Shown: positions 10,456 to 20,602, counted from the first letter of the stretch. The stretch: 64,000 nucleotides of DNA from Candidatus Culexmicrobium cathedralense (GCA_025061115.1 JANZKC010000001.1:192001-256000); one strand, 5' to 3'. A program made the numbers and translations. Notes: generated by a model from the letters alone, not told the origin.

Positions 10456-11470
10456 CCCACAAGTGGTCTTGAACTGGCTCTCTGACAGTTAGTACGGAGC
10501 CATCTCTCCTAATGAGCTTCATTCCCTCTTTCTCCTCAACAACTTCGCCAATGATTGAAGCTTTAATGCCGGAATTCCTTAGCGCTTCAACTATTTCATC
10601 CGCCTTACTTGGCTTAGAAGTAATTATCATTGAGCCAGAACTTATCGTTTGCAGAGGATCAGCTCCAAGCACCTTGCATATGCCTTCAGTCTCAGCATTA
10701 ATAATCACTTTTTCTTCCAAAATTCTGAATCCAACATTGGACGCTTTAGCCAGTTCTTGAAGGCCTCCAAGAACTCCTCCCTCAGTCGGATCATGCATTG
10801 CAGTTACGCCACCAACTTCAACTGCAATCATTGCTTCCTTAAGGACACTTATCAACTCAATGTACTTCTTAGCTCTCTCAACTAAATCTGCTCCCAACTT
10901 AGCTTTCAAGAAGTCTTCAAATTCATAAGCGAAAATAGCTGTTCCTTCAATTGCAGCTCCCTTAGTTAAAATTATCTTGTCACCAACTCTAGCTCCACTC
11001 GTCGTAACATACTTATCCTTCGATGCTTCACCAATAGCTGTTGATATTAATATTGGCCTGTTAAGTCCTGGAGTAACCTCCGTATGGCCACATACAATCA
11101 TTATTCCAAGCTTTTTAGCAGCATCATCTATTTGCTTAGTAATCTCATCTAGTAGTTGAGAATCAGCATTTTCGGGAAGAAGAATGACCATTGAAATCCA
11201 CTTTGGCTTAGCCCCTCTAGTTGCAACGTCATTTGAACTCACATTTACAGCTAACCAGCCAATATTTTCAATAGCACCAGTAATTGGATCCGAATGGAGA
11301 ACAAGAACCCTATCACCAAAATCTATAATTGCAGCATCCTCGCCAATTTTTGGCTTAACTAAAACTCTCGGATCATCAACTCCAATTCTATTAAAAACCA
11401 GTGATTCAAGCACATCTGGAGAAAGCTTGCCCAACGGAAGTTCTAATTTAGATTTTTCATCAAGCTTCAT
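10403..11470 (-). CDS. AIR synthase-related (HypE/ThiL/PurM fold) protein
   Basis: GEDAAII, HSDPITGA, NDVAT, CGHTEVT, MHDPTEGG; start at ATG 11470 after GGTGA. Confidence 0.85.
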   Translation of the reverse strand: MKLDEKSKLELPLGKLSPDVLESLVFNRIGVDDPRVLVKPKIGEDAAIIDFGDRVLVLHSDPITGAIENIGWLAVNVSSNDVATRGAKPKWISMVILLPENADSQLLDEITKQIDDAAKKLGIMIVCGHTEVTPGLNRPILISTAIGEASKDKYVTTSGARVGDKIILTKGAAIEGTAIFAYEFEDFLKAKLGADLVERAKKYIELISVLKEAMIAVEVGGVTAMHDPTEGGVLGGLQELAKASNVGFRILEEKVIINAETEGICKVLGADPLQTISSGSMIITSKPSKADEIVEALRNSGIKASIIGEVVEEKEGMKLIRRDGSVLTVREPVQDHLWVILSSRNDLKKKFSSLL

Positions 11471-11480
11471 AACTATCACC

Positions 11481-12224
11481 TCACAATTTAGATCCAATAG
11501 CCCTTGAAACTCCATGAACTATAAACGCTGAAACAATTGCTCCGATAAGCATTTGACAGATGTTAAATGGGACTTCAGCAAGCGCTGCCAAACCAAATGA
11601 CATTACATAACATTCGTAGATAAAGTAGCCTAAAACCATTTCTAATCCACCAATAAGCGTCGACAACATACTAAGTGCAGAGCCCCTACCAACCTTCAAT
11701 TCGAAGTAAGTTAGGAGAATGAGTAATAGCAATGAAGGCAAAATCCAAAATGCGCTTGGAATTTCAATGTATATTGTAGTGTACTCGATGTATGGAGGTA
11801 AGCCTATTGATAGTTCCATCAAACCACTATACAGGGTGGAGCCCACATAGTATATCGTAGCTGAAGAAGCAACCGCCGCTAAGAGGCTTATTAATCTCAA
11901 CCAAGTTTTAGAGTGAAAGCGCTTGAAAGTTAGGCTTAGAAATCCGACTATGAAGCCCTCCAAACCCTTAATAATTAGAGTTCCAGGAGCATAATAGCCG
12001 TAGCCGGACAAAAGATCTGCAAGTGCAGATCCAATTCCACCTGCAAGGCCGCCCACTATAGGCCCGAAGATCAATGCTGAAGTGTAAACTGCAACCTCAC
12101 CAACATTAAAGTACCCATGAGTTTCAGGTATGTAAACTTGAAAGACTAAAGTTGCTACGCAAACCAGAGCAGACATCAAAGCAGTAATGCTGATCGACCG
12201 AGCTGTAAGCAGCTTGAAAACCAT
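11481..12224 (-). CDS. ECF transporter S component (extended)
   Basis: PETHGYFNVGE, GGIGSALADLLSGY, APGTLIIKGLEG motifs; multiple TM segments. Confidence 0.85.
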   Translation of the reverse strand: MVFKLLTARSISITALMSALVCVATLVFQVYIPETHGYFNVGEVAVYTSALIFGPIVGGLAGGIGSALADLLSGYGYYAPGTLIIKGLEGFIVGFLSLTFKRFHSKTWLRLISLLAAVASSATIYYVGSTLYSGLMELSIGLPPYIEYTTIYIEIPSAFWILPSLLLLILLTYFELKVGRGSALSMLSTLIGGLEMVLGYFIYECYVMSFGLAALAEVPFNICQMLIGAIVSAFIVHGVSRAIGSKL

Positions 12225-12363
12225 CAACACCACCCCAATCAAATTGCAAGCAAAGGCAGTGATAGATTAATAAAAGAAGTATTTAACTTCATATTTAAGC
12301 CTCAATATCCATGTAGGCAACTGCGAAGTATTTAAGCCAATTAAAACTAGTTTACTTGAGAAC

Positions 12364-13119
12364 ATGGAAAGTGTAAAAGAAGCTAAAGATAGTATAAGGA
12401 GAAGAATTTGGGAAATAATGGAAAATAAGGGCATAGCTGCATTTCCAAGGCCAGTATATGGTAGAATTCCAAATTTCATTGGAGCAGAGACAGCAGCTAG
12501 GAACCTATTAAAGCTAAAATTCATACGCAAGGCAAGTGTAGTTAAGGTTAATCCAGACTCTCCTCAAAAGCCAGTTAGGGAGCTAATATTGAAAATGGGC
12601 ATAAAACTGCTAATGCCATCTCCGAGACTTAGAAGTGGATTCATACTTCTCGACCCCCTCAAAATTCCTAAAAGCAAAATAAGCAAAGCATCCACAATAA
12701 GAGGCGCCTTCACTTATGGAGAGCCAATTGAACTGAAAAACATCCCGAAAGTAGACGTCATAATTATAGGTTCAGTTGCAGTTACGCGAGAGGGATATAG
12801 AATTGGTAAAGGAGGCGGCTACAGCGAATTGGAGTACGCAATTTTAAGAGAAGTAAAAGCAGTAAGCGCCGACACTCCTATAATAACGACGATTCATGAA
12901 GTACAGTTAGTAGATGAAGCCCCACATGAAGACCATGATGTTCCAGTAGACTACATAGTTACTCCAAAAAGAATCATCGGAGTTGTCCCCAAAAAGCCTA
13001 AACCAAGTGGAATAATTTGGAGCAAGATTACGAATAAAATGATCACAAGCATGCCCATATTAGCTGAGCTCAAAAAGCACCTAGAAAACTCGAATAAAAT
13101 CACTGAGCGGAATTCATAG
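12364..13119 (+). CDS. Archaeal 5-formyltetrahydrofolate cyclo-ligase paralog (COG0212/MTHFSD-like)
   Basis: FPRPVYGRIPNFIGA, KVNPDSPQ, RIGKGGGYSELEY, HDVPVDYIVTP. Confidence 0.9.
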   Translation: MESVKEAKDSIRRRIWEIMENKGIAAFPRPVYGRIPNFIGAETAARNLLKLKFIRKASVVKVNPDSPQKPVRELILKMGIKLLMPSPRLRSGFILLDPLKIPKSKISKASTIRGAFTYGEPIELKNIPKVDVIIIGSVAVTREGYRIGKGGGYSELEYAILREVKAVSADTPIITTIHEVQLVDEAPHEDHDVPVDYIVTPKRIIGVVPKKPKPSGIIWSKITNKMITSMPILAELKKHLENSNKITERNS

Positions 13120-13124
13120 CAAAT

Positions 13125-14192
13125 CTAGCGGTACTTAATCTCACCCATATTCTTAGCAGGATAATAGCCAGGATATTTACTTACAAAACTAGCTGACTGC
13201 TTTAAAACTTTAAGGAAAACCTCAACGGCAGGTTTATTCAGCTTCCTTAGAGGAATGGCGAAATCAAATTGCTCCCACGTTACGTGTAGACTCCTCAAAT
13301 TATAAAGGCGAGCAGCATATTTGAGCGTTAGGCAAACATCCGCCCTACCTGTAGCTACCGCCCTGACAACATCAAAATGCGTTGTGTACTCAGTTTCAAA
13401 ACCCTTCACAACCTTCAAGTCGACGCTCCTCTGCCTAAGCAGATATTCGAGAAAAAGCCTTGTTCCAGAGCCCTTATTTCGATTAGCAACAGACAATTCC
13501 CCACTAGCCAATCCACTAAAAACCTCGTTTAGATCATCAACTTCCAGCCCTGGCCTTAAAGCAAATACGAGCTCCCTTTCATATCCACTTATCAGAACCA
13601 CATCACCACTCAACATGAACCTATCGAGGTACGTAATGTTAAAGCAATTCCTTTCAGGGTCATACAAATGCAATCCAGCGACATCTGCTTCTCCCAGAAA
13701 TATGCTCGCCAAGCCTCCAATTGAACCTGTCCATTGAACTTCAACATCACTCAAACCCTTCGAGCGAGCAATGCCAATTAGGTGCTCCAATAAAGGATCA
13801 TGGCTTCCCATAACAACCAAGTCAGGCGATGGTCTCTCAGCAACTGAAATCACGCTGAGAAGTTCAGCACAAGGCCTGATTTTCTCAATGGCATTTGAGT
13901 ATATTTGAAGAAGCTTCTTAGCATGAACAGTTAATCTAGCACCTCCACCACCTCTACCTCCACGCCTTGCATCTATAAGCTTCAATCCAAGAAGACCCTC
14001 AACCTTAGAGATCCTCTCCCAAACTCTCGAATAAGACAAGCCTAAACTCCTGCATGCAGTTAATAAGCTACCCTTCTTATCAACCAACTTTAAAACTTGA
14101 GCCAGCCTAGAATCTAAAACTACTTTGCCGTGGCGCATGAGATAAACTTCAACTCCAACACGCACGTTCAATTCATCATTAAGGGAGTGCAT
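13125..14192 (-). CDS. ModE-like HTH plus PBP (molybdate/tungstate-binding) transcriptional regulator
   Basis: GSLLTACRSLGLSYSRVW, RGGRGGGGARLT; PBP motifs GSHD, GSIGGL, NRNKGSGTR. Confidence 0.85.
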   Translation of the reverse strand: MHSLNDELNVRVGVEVYLMRHGKVVLDSRLAQVLKLVDKKGSLLTACRSLGLSYSRVWERISKVEGLLGLKLIDARRGGRGGGGARLTVHAKKLLQIYSNAIEKIRPCAELLSVISVAERPSPDLVVMGSHDPLLEHLIGIARSKGLSDVEVQWTGSIGGLASIFLGEADVAGLHLYDPERNCFNITYLDRFMLSGDVVLISGYERELVFALRPGLEVDDLNEVFSGLASGELSVANRNKGSGTRLFLEYLLRQRSVDLKVVKGFETEYTTHFDVVRAVATGRADVCLTLKYAARLYNLRSLHVTWEQFDFAIPLRKLNKPAVEVFLKVLKQSASFVSKYPGYYPAKNMGEIKYR

Positions 14193-14406
14193 TAAACGGG
14201 CCTCCTCAGATCTAAGTTATCGAGTAAAAATTAACTTTCGATGAAATTAAAGTTAGCTTAATTCTTTTACTCTTAGTAATGTCAATAAGTTCAGCTTATC
14301 CCAGTCAAGTAAGTCTTGATTAAATCTCCATTAAAATTTACGTAGATAAAGCTCAATCCTAGTCCGATCATAAAATAAATGTTATATTTAACGCATCTAA
14401 AAATGA

Positions 14407-14721
14407 TTGGTGATGAGCATGATAATTGTTGAATTCAGCATTGCACCTTTAGGTGTAAGTGAAAGCATAAGCAGGTATGTGGCAGAAGCCATAAGAGTAC
14501 TTGAAGCAGAAGGAGTAAAGTACCAGCTTACGCCAATGTGCACAATATTCGAAGTCGAAAACATTGAGGATGCATTCAAAATAATCGTGAAAGCACATAA
14601 CGCAGTTTTGAAGGCTGGCGCTAAAAGGGTTTTAACTTCAATTAAAATCGACGATAGAAGAGATGTTGAGAGAAAGATGGAGGATAATGTTAAGTCGGTA
14701 CTGGATAAATTGAAGGGCTGA
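14407..14721 (+). CDS. MTH1187/YkoF-family thiamine-binding protein
   Basis: EFSIAPLG..S.S.YVA, YQLTPMCT, RVLTSIKIDDRRD. Confidence 0.9.
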   Translation: MVMSMIIVEFSIAPLGVSESISRYVAEAIRVLEAEGVKYQLTPMCTIFEVENIEDAFKIIVKAHNAVLKAGAKRVLTSIKIDDRRDVERKMEDNVKSVLDKLKG

Positions 14722-14726
14722 AGCAG

Positions 14727-15332
14727 TTGAAAATAAAAGCGGACCTACACATCCACTCAACATACTCTGGGGATAGCGTCTTAACCGTAGATGAAATAGT
14801 AAAGTATTATTCGGAAAATAACTTTGGAGCAATTGCAGTAACAGATCACGACTCATTCAAGGGAGCAATTGAAGCGAGAAAGTTAGCTAAAAGAATGAAT
14901 CTAAATTTAATTGTAATCCTAGGAGCCGAAGTTGAAACTAATGATGGTGAAATCATAGTTTTAACCGACAAGGAGCTTCCATTTCTACCAGTTAATGCTG
15001 AAAAGCTAATCGAAGAAGTTAGGAAAAATGGCGGAGTCACGTACGCACCTCATCCATTCGACTTTAAAAGAAGAAGTTTAGGAGATAAAGTTTTTCAATT
15101 AAATGGCTTAGATGCCATCGAAGTTTTAAATGCTAATTCAAGCAAGAGAGCAAATAGGCTAGCTCTCAGAGCTGCTAAAATACTCAACAAACCTGGATTA
15201 GCAAATAGTGATGCTCATGCCGACTGGCAATTAGGTAAAGCTTATACTATTCTCGAGGTAGGTGAACTGAGCGTCAAAGAAGTTTTAAACGCGATTAAAA
15301 ATGGAAAAATTGCTGGAAGAAAAATAAAATAG
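14727..15332 (+). CDS. PHP-domain phosphoesterase
   Basis: DLHIHS, TDHD, APHP, NSDAH. Confidence 0.9.
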   Translation: MKIKADLHIHSTYSGDSVLTVDEIVKYYSENNFGAIAVTDHDSFKGAIEARKLAKRMNLNLIVILGAEVETNDGEIIVLTDKELPFLPVNAEKLIEEVRKNGGVTYAPHPFDFKRRSLGDKVFQLNGLDAIEVLNANSSKRANRLALRAAKILNKPGLANSDAHADWQLGKAYTILEVGELSVKEVLNAIKNGKIAGRKIK

Positions 15333-15368
15333 AAAGGTAAATTAAGTTAAAAGCGACATTTAAAAGTC

Positions 15369-16169
15369 ATGGAGGTCACATTCATGAAATACTATCCACT
15401 AGATCTAGCAAGAGTAGTTTACATGCCTAAAAGGAAACTCTATTTAATTACCGTCATCCTGCCTGAAGAACCTAGAGCTATAGCAGCAGTCGTCGAAAAG
15501 CTAAATGAAGCCAACATTGAAATATTAACGGTTTACGGCTATGCATTCATGAGAAAGAAAGTGGGGCACCTCAGCCTCATAGTAGATCTTACTGAAAGTT
15601 CATTCACAATTGAGAAGCTCATAGATGGACTTGAAAAAATGCCCGAAGTATTATCTGTGGAATATGTTGAACCTGAAGAGCCTGGACTAATAATTGACAA
15701 GTACCACTTCCCAATCCTATATGGTGCGGGAAGAGCAGTGCTTTTTGATATTGGAACGCTATCAGCAATGTTCGAAGAGATGAGAAAGCAGTGGGGTTCA
15801 GCAGGTGAGGCTCTCATCTACTACCTGGGATACGCTGCAGGAAGGAATTATGCTAAGCACATCATGGAAAGATACGAGGAACTCAGCATGAGGCAATTAA
15901 GCTTAATCCTAAGAGACATCGGGCAAGCTTACGGCTGGGCAATTCTAGACACTGAAATCAGAGAAGAGGAGATAGTAGTAAAGGCTAAAGAGCTTTTTGA
16001 ATGCAAACCGATTGAAGGAATGCGGAGCAAGCCGTACAGCCAATTCTTTAGAGGCTACATTAGTGGAGTTGCAAGTGAAATTCTCGGAAAAGAAATGATT
16101 GCAGAGGAGGTAAAATGCATATCTAAAGGAGATGAACACTGCGAATTCGTCATTAAAGAAAAGAAGTAG
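15369..16169 (+). CDS. ACT plus V4R domain protein
   Basis: N-terminal ACT-like beta-alpha-beta; V4R motifs FEC, FFRGYISG, EVKCISKGDEHCEF. Confidence 0.85.
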   Translation: MEVTFMKYYPLDLARVVYMPKRKLYLITVILPEEPRAIAAVVEKLNEANIEILTVYGYAFMRKKVGHLSLIVDLTESSFTIEKLIDGLEKMPEVLSVEYVEPEEPGLIIDKYHFPILYGAGRAVLFDIGTLSAMFEEMRKQWGSAGEALIYYLGYAAGRNYAKHIMERYEELSMRQLSLILRDIGQAYGWAILDTEIREEEIVVKAKELFECKPIEGMRSKPYSQFFRGYISGVASEILGKEMIAEEVKCISKGDEHCEFVIKEKK

Positions 16170-16177
16170 ATGCAGGA

Positions 16178-16372
16178 CTAAGCTTTTAAAATTACAGCCT
16201 GCCTTTCCGCATCCACTTCAATTATACCAGTACAACTTAAATTCAAGATAGATCCATCCTCACGAAGCACGGTTACGGTTCCATCAGCAAACTTCACATT
16301 TAATGCATCCTTACTTATAAGCTTAGGATCCCCATCCTCCAATAAGTAAACCCTCAGTTTAAACTCGCACAT
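16178..16372 (-). CDS. CooT-like nickel-binding small protein
   Basis: N-terminal MCEFK..VYL motif, about 64 aa. Confidence 0.65.
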   Translation of the reverse strand: MCEFKLRVYLLEDGDPKLISKDALNVKFADGTVTVLREDGSILNLSCTGIIEVDAERQAVILKA

Positions 16373-16563
16373 GCTTCCACCCGCCTATTCGAGCACTAGA
16401 GTTAGATTGACAAATATAAGATTTAACGATATCGTTCAGAATGCTCAACTATAAATCAAGCTAAATAGAGATTAATTTAACCATAAATATCCATTTAACA
16501 GGTAAAGCTTTAACTTAAAAGATAGCAATAACTTACTAATAACTATAATACGGAGGGAAAAAG

Positions 16564-17757
16564 GTGACTGGACCTCTAACCGGCATTCGAGTTTTAGATG
16601 CTTCTAGAATTTTAGCTGGACCATTTTGCACGATGCTTCTTGGAGATCTAGGAGCAGAAATCATTAAAGTTGAAATGCCAGGAATAGGCGATGGAAGTAG
16701 AGCTTGGGGCCCACCATTCATTAAAGGTGAAAGCGCATATTACTTATCGATAAATAGGAACAAGAAGAGCATCACAATTAATTTGAAGCACCCAAAGGGT
16801 AGGGAAATTATTTATAAGCTAGTTGAAATGAGCGACGTATTCATTGAAAACTTTAGGCCAAGCGTAGCTGAAAAGCTGGGCGTAAGTTATGATAAACTTA
16901 AGAGAGTTAATCCTAAGATAATTTACTGCTCAATAAGTGGATTCGGCCAAACTGGGCCATACAAAGATAAACGGGCCTACGACCTACTCATACAAGCAAT
17001 GTCCGGATTCATGGGGATCACAGGAGAGCCAAATAGACCTCCAGTTAGAATTGGAGTAGCAATAATGGATTTAGGCGCCGGCATGTATGCAGCAATATCA
17101 ATTTTAGCTGCACTAATTGCAAGAGAAAAAACGGGAAAGGGGCAGAAAATCGACATTTCACTTCTAGACACGGGAGTTTCATGGCTAACTTATATGGCGA
17201 TGAACTACTTCGCAACCGGAAGAAATCCGCCGAAAATGGGGTCAGCCCACCCAAATCTCGTGCCATATCAATGCTTTGAAGATAAAAATGGAAGATACTT
17301 TGCAGTAGCAGTTGGAAATGACGAGCACTGGAAGAGGCTATGCAAAGCACTTGAACTCCAAGATTGGATTGACAATCCAAAATATGCCACCAATGCGAAA
17401 AGAGTTGAGCATAGAGATGAAATAGTGAAAGCTCTAAGTGAACTATTTAAATCCAAAACACGGGAAGAATGGCTAAAACTACTTGAAGAAGAGGGGGTTC
17501 CATGCGCTCCAGTATATGAAGTTAGTGAAGCACTTTCAAATCCCCAAATTATACACCGGGAAATGGTTATTGAAATAGAGCACCCAACTATTGGAAAATT
17601 GAAGCAGCTTGGCACTCCAATGAAATTGTCAGAAACACCTTGCCAAATAAGGTATCCGCCACCACTTCTCGGACAACACACCAAAGAAATCCTAAAAGAA
17701 TTGCTTGGCTATAGTGATGAAGAAATAGAGGAGCTGAGAAAAATTGGAGCCATATAA
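16564..17757 (+). CDS. Family III CoA-transferase (CaiB/BaiF)
   Basis: GPLTGIRVLD, AGPFCTMLLGDLGAEIIKVE, NRNKKSI, ENFRP, SISGFGQTGPY, PPLLGQHT. Confidence 0.95.
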   Translation: MTGPLTGIRVLDASRILAGPFCTMLLGDLGAEIIKVEMPGIGDGSRAWGPPFIKGESAYYLSINRNKKSITINLKHPKGREIIYKLVEMSDVFIENFRPSVAEKLGVSYDKLKRVNPKIIYCSISGFGQTGPYKDKRAYDLLIQAMSGFMGITGEPNRPPVRIGVAIMDLGAGMYAAISILAALIAREKTGKGQKIDISLLDTGVSWLTYMAMNYFATGRNPPKMGSAHPNLVPYQCFEDKNGRYFAVAVGNDEHWKRLCKALELQDWIDNPKYATNAKRVEHRDEIVKALSELFKSKTREEWLKLLEEEGVPCAPVYEVSEALSNPQIIHREMVIEIEHPTIGKLKQLGTPMKLSETPCQIRYPPPLLGQHTKEILKELLGYSDEEIEELRKIGAI

Positions 17758-17868
17758 ATCTAAGCAGCAAATCCGCTCAACTCAGAAATGCAACGCGACT
17801 TTCCAAATTCAAAGCCAATTAATTCACGATTAGAAAAAATTATTAGATAATAATATGCTCCTAAGAGT

Positions 17869-18270
17869 GTGCACGAAGCATCAATAGCTCAAAACATCAT
17901 ACAAATAGCCGTTAAAGTAGCTATAGAAAACAATGCAAAGAAAATTCACAAAATAACCATTGTGGTAGGCGAGCTACACTTCCTAGACTTAGAAGCCCTA
18001 AAATTCGCTTTCCAAGTACTTTCTGAAAACACTTTAGCCGAAAAAGCTGAACTGAATGTTAAGCTATCACCAGCAAAGTTCAAGTGCTCAAATTGCGGAG
18101 AAGAATGGGAGTTTAGCCTAAGCAAAATTGGAGATAATGCAATTGGTAAACTCCACTTTACTCCAGACCTAATCATCAACTTTTTGAAGTGCCCACGCTG
18201 CAATTCAAGTGAATTTGAAATTACAAGTGGAAAAGAGCTTTACGTCGAAAACATTGAAGTAACAGTCTAA
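17869..18270 (+). CDS. hypA: Hydrogenase nickel metallochaperone HypA
   Basis: MHEASIA; CSNC...CPRC; SGKEL. Confidence 0.95.
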   Translation: MHEASIAQNIIQIAVKVAIENNAKKIHKITIVVGELHFLDLEALKFAFQVLSENTLAEKAELNVKLSPAKFKCSNCGEEWEFSLSKIGDNAIGKLHFTPDLIINFLKCPRCNSSEFEITSGKELYVENIEVTV

Positions 18271-18277
18271 ATATTGT

Positions 18278-18943
18278 CTAAACCTTAAGTTTAAGGGATC
18301 TAGCAAGTCCTTCAATGCCAAGCCCAGTCTTCGCGCTCGTTAAAATCACGGAAGCCTTAGCATTAATCTTCCTAGCATCATTCACCATTCGATCAACATC
18401 AACACCCATTACTTCAGCCAAGTCCATCTTATTAATCACTATCAAATCAGAATTCATAACAGTCATAGGGTGCTTAATGAACTTATCCTCACCTTCAGTT
18501 ACGCTGACTACAAGCACTCTCACATCAGCTCCAAGCTGAAAGTATATTGGACATATCAAGTTGCCGACATTCTCTATGAAAATAACCTTAACCCTATTAA
18601 CATCCATTTCCTCAAGAGCCCTCTTAACATGTATAGCCTCCAAGTGGCATGAACCGCCAGTATTTACCTGAACACCTTGAACCCCATGACGCAAAATTCT
18701 CTCAGTATCAACAGTTGAGGCAACATCTCCACCAATATAAGCTAATTCGCGCTTATCTCCATCATAAACTTCAATCAACCTCTCAATCAAAGCAGTTTTA
18801 CCAGCCCCTGGAGAGCCAAGAAATTCCAGAACTCGTATTCCTCTTGAACTGAAAAACTCTTTAAGCTCGCTGGCAATTTTCCTATTAGACTTCAATATTG
18901 GCTCATCAACCCTGATGACCGTGACGCTCCGCACGCACCTCAC
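18278..18943 (-). CDS. hypB: Hydrogenase nickel incorporation GTPase HypB
   Basis: GSPGAGKT, NTGGSCHL, ENVGNLICP, EGEDK, NKMD. Confidence 0.95.
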   Translation of the reverse strand: MRCVRSVTVIRVDEPILKSNRKIASELKEFFSSRGIRVLEFLGSPGAGKTALIERLIEVYDGDKRELAYIGGDVASTVDTERILRHGVQGVQVNTGGSCHLEAIHVKRALEEMDVNRVKVIFIENVGNLICPIYFQLGADVRVLVVSVTEGEDKFIKHPMTVMNSDLIVINKMDLAEVMGVDVDRMVNDARKINAKASVILTSAKTGLGIEGLARSLKLKV

Positions 18944-18977
18944 CTCGATTATATGCTTATGTTAAGACTAATAATAT

Positions 18978-19634
18978 TTGCGAGGGAGCACTGTGAAGTT
19001 AAACCCCCTACCAAGGAATTTCTATGCCAGATTCAGCGTTGAAGTAGCCAAGGACCTTCTCGGAAGATTTCTAGTTAGAGAACTGCAGGGAAAGCTGCTT
19101 GTCGGAAGAATAGTTGAAGTTGAAGCCTACGGCGGCCCTGAGGATCCAGCAAGCCACGCTAGATTTGGAAAGAAGAGCTGGAATGAAGTCATGTTTGGAG
19201 AAGTTGGAAGAGCATATATTTACCAAATTTATGGAATCCACCATTGCCTAAATGTGGTAGCTAAACCTGAAAATGTGGAGGCAGGAGCTGTGCTGATAAG
19301 AGCTGTAGAGCCAATTATCGGCATTGAAACAATGATTAGAAACAGGTTTCAATCGGGAGATTGGAATGGAAAATTAAGAAACTTAACAAGTGGACCTGCA
19401 AAGCTATGCAAAGCATTTAAAATAAACTTATCATTAAATGGAGAGGACTTAACTGTCAGAGGACCACTGTACATAGCTGGCAACACTAAAGAACCATTTG
19501 AAATAATTAATTCACCAAGAATTGGAATAAAAAGAGGACTATACAAAAAATGGAGATTTTACATCAAAAATAGCGAGTACATTTCAGGCGGAAGAATAAA
19601 AACAAATAAGTTAAAAACTACTTCAAGAGCGTGA
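18978..19634 (+). CDS. mpg: 3-methyladenine DNA glycosylase (MPG/AAG family)
   Basis: GRIVEVEAY, DPASH, YGIHHCLNVV, AVLIRAVEP, SGPAKLC, RIGI. Confidence 0.95.
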   Translation: MRGSTVKLNPLPRNFYARFSVEVAKDLLGRFLVRELQGKLLVGRIVEVEAYGGPEDPASHARFGKKSWNEVMFGEVGRAYIYQIYGIHHCLNVVAKPENVEAGAVLIRAVEPIIGIETMIRNRFQSGDWNGKLRNLTSGPAKLCKAFKINLSLNGEDLTVRGPLYIAGNTKEPFEIINSPRIGIKRGLYKKWRFYIKNSEYISGGRIKTNKLKTTSRA

Positions 19635-19638
19635 AGAC

Positions 19639-19941
19639 ATGAAAATAGTTCTAATAACCCGACACTGCCTCAAAAGAGTACTTGAAAGAGCGAAAATATT
19701 GGATGAGTATGAAAGAATGAAGCTCATCGAAGAAATATTGCTTAAAGGAAAAATCGTAGATAAAAAGGGTAAAAACATTTTGGTTAAGTTCAATGAACAT
19801 TACTTAATTTTAAGGCTAAGCAGTAAGGGATTAATTGCAATTAGCTATACAAGCGGAGTTGTACCTAGAGGATTCAGCGAAAAGTTAACTAACTTGAGTT
19901 TAGAGAAGCCATTTAAATTGAAAAAACTAAAACCTAACTAA
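19639..19941 (+). CDS. Hypothetical basic protein, possibly DUF4258/BECR-like fold
   Basis: ITRHCLKRVLER motif; 4 bp downstream of mpg. Confidence 0.55.
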   Translation: MKIVLITRHCLKRVLERAKILDEYERMKLIEEILLKGKIVDKKGKNILVKFNEHYLILRLSSKGLIAISYTSGVVPRGFSEKLTNLSLEKPFKLKKLKPN

Positions 19942-20587
19942 TAATCTCGAACTTTTCAATGCAATCTGGTGGAACATAACTAACTAAAAATGTATTTTTA
20001 CCAGCTCTGTAAATTTCAAAGCCCCTAGCTCTAAGCTTTTCAGCGTTAATTATGAGTACAACTACCCTAGCACTTTTCCTCCTCGCAACAATTACTGCAT
20101 CTTCAAAATTATCTGATAAATGAACATACCTCCGGTTCATCGGCTTTAGCCCTTCAGCCAATATTTTTTGAAGAACTTCCTTGGCAGTTCCATGGAAAAG
20201 AGTTTTAACTTTAGTGTCTACATGCAAATTCAATTTAACATCAACACTATGACCATAAGTAGCTCTAATCATTCCATTCTTAACTTCAAATCTCCCCTTA
20301 GGACATGTAGCTGCAACTGCATAGATGTGAAGAGGCTTAAGCCAACTGTAAAAGCGCCTTCTCGGCAAGTATTGCTTAATCTTCCCCACAAGCTCATCAA
20401 TGCTAACAAATCCATCTTCACCTAATCTTAAATTCACAATTTCGGGCTTATGCCTCAATATTAATGATAGTAGTTTACTTAACTTCAATCGCTGTCTACC
20501 AGTTAAAATGAGCTCGCAACTCGAATTGCAATGGACTGGATCTTCAGTGAAGGAGTTGCAAACCCTACATCGATAAATGGGCTTCAC
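19934..20587 (-). CDS. kptA: RNA 2'-phosphotransferase Tpt1/KptA
   Basis: SKLLSLILRH, KGRFE, IRATYGHS, LFHGT, GLKPMNRRYVHLS. Confidence 0.95.
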   Translation of the reverse strand: MKPIYRCRVCNSFTEDPVHCNSSCELILTGRQRLKLSKLLSLILRHKPEIVNLRLGEDGFVSIDELVGKIKQYLPRRRFYSWLKPLHIYAVAATCPKGRFEVKNGMIRATYGHSVDVKLNLHVDTKVKTLFHGTAKEVLQKILAEGLKPMNRRYVHLSDNFEDAVIVARRKSARVVVLIINAEKLRARGFEIYRAGKNTFLVSYVPPDCIEKFEIIS

Positions 20588-20602
20588 ACCAAAATTTAGG
20601 TA

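Noticed and set aside
10403-11470. Calling the AIR-synthase-like gene hypE
   Set aside because: Lacks the C-terminal PRIC cysteine required for HypE function
14193-14400. Possible ModE box (GTTATATTTAAC near 14381)
   Set aside because: Only a partial match and indistinguishable from a TATA element
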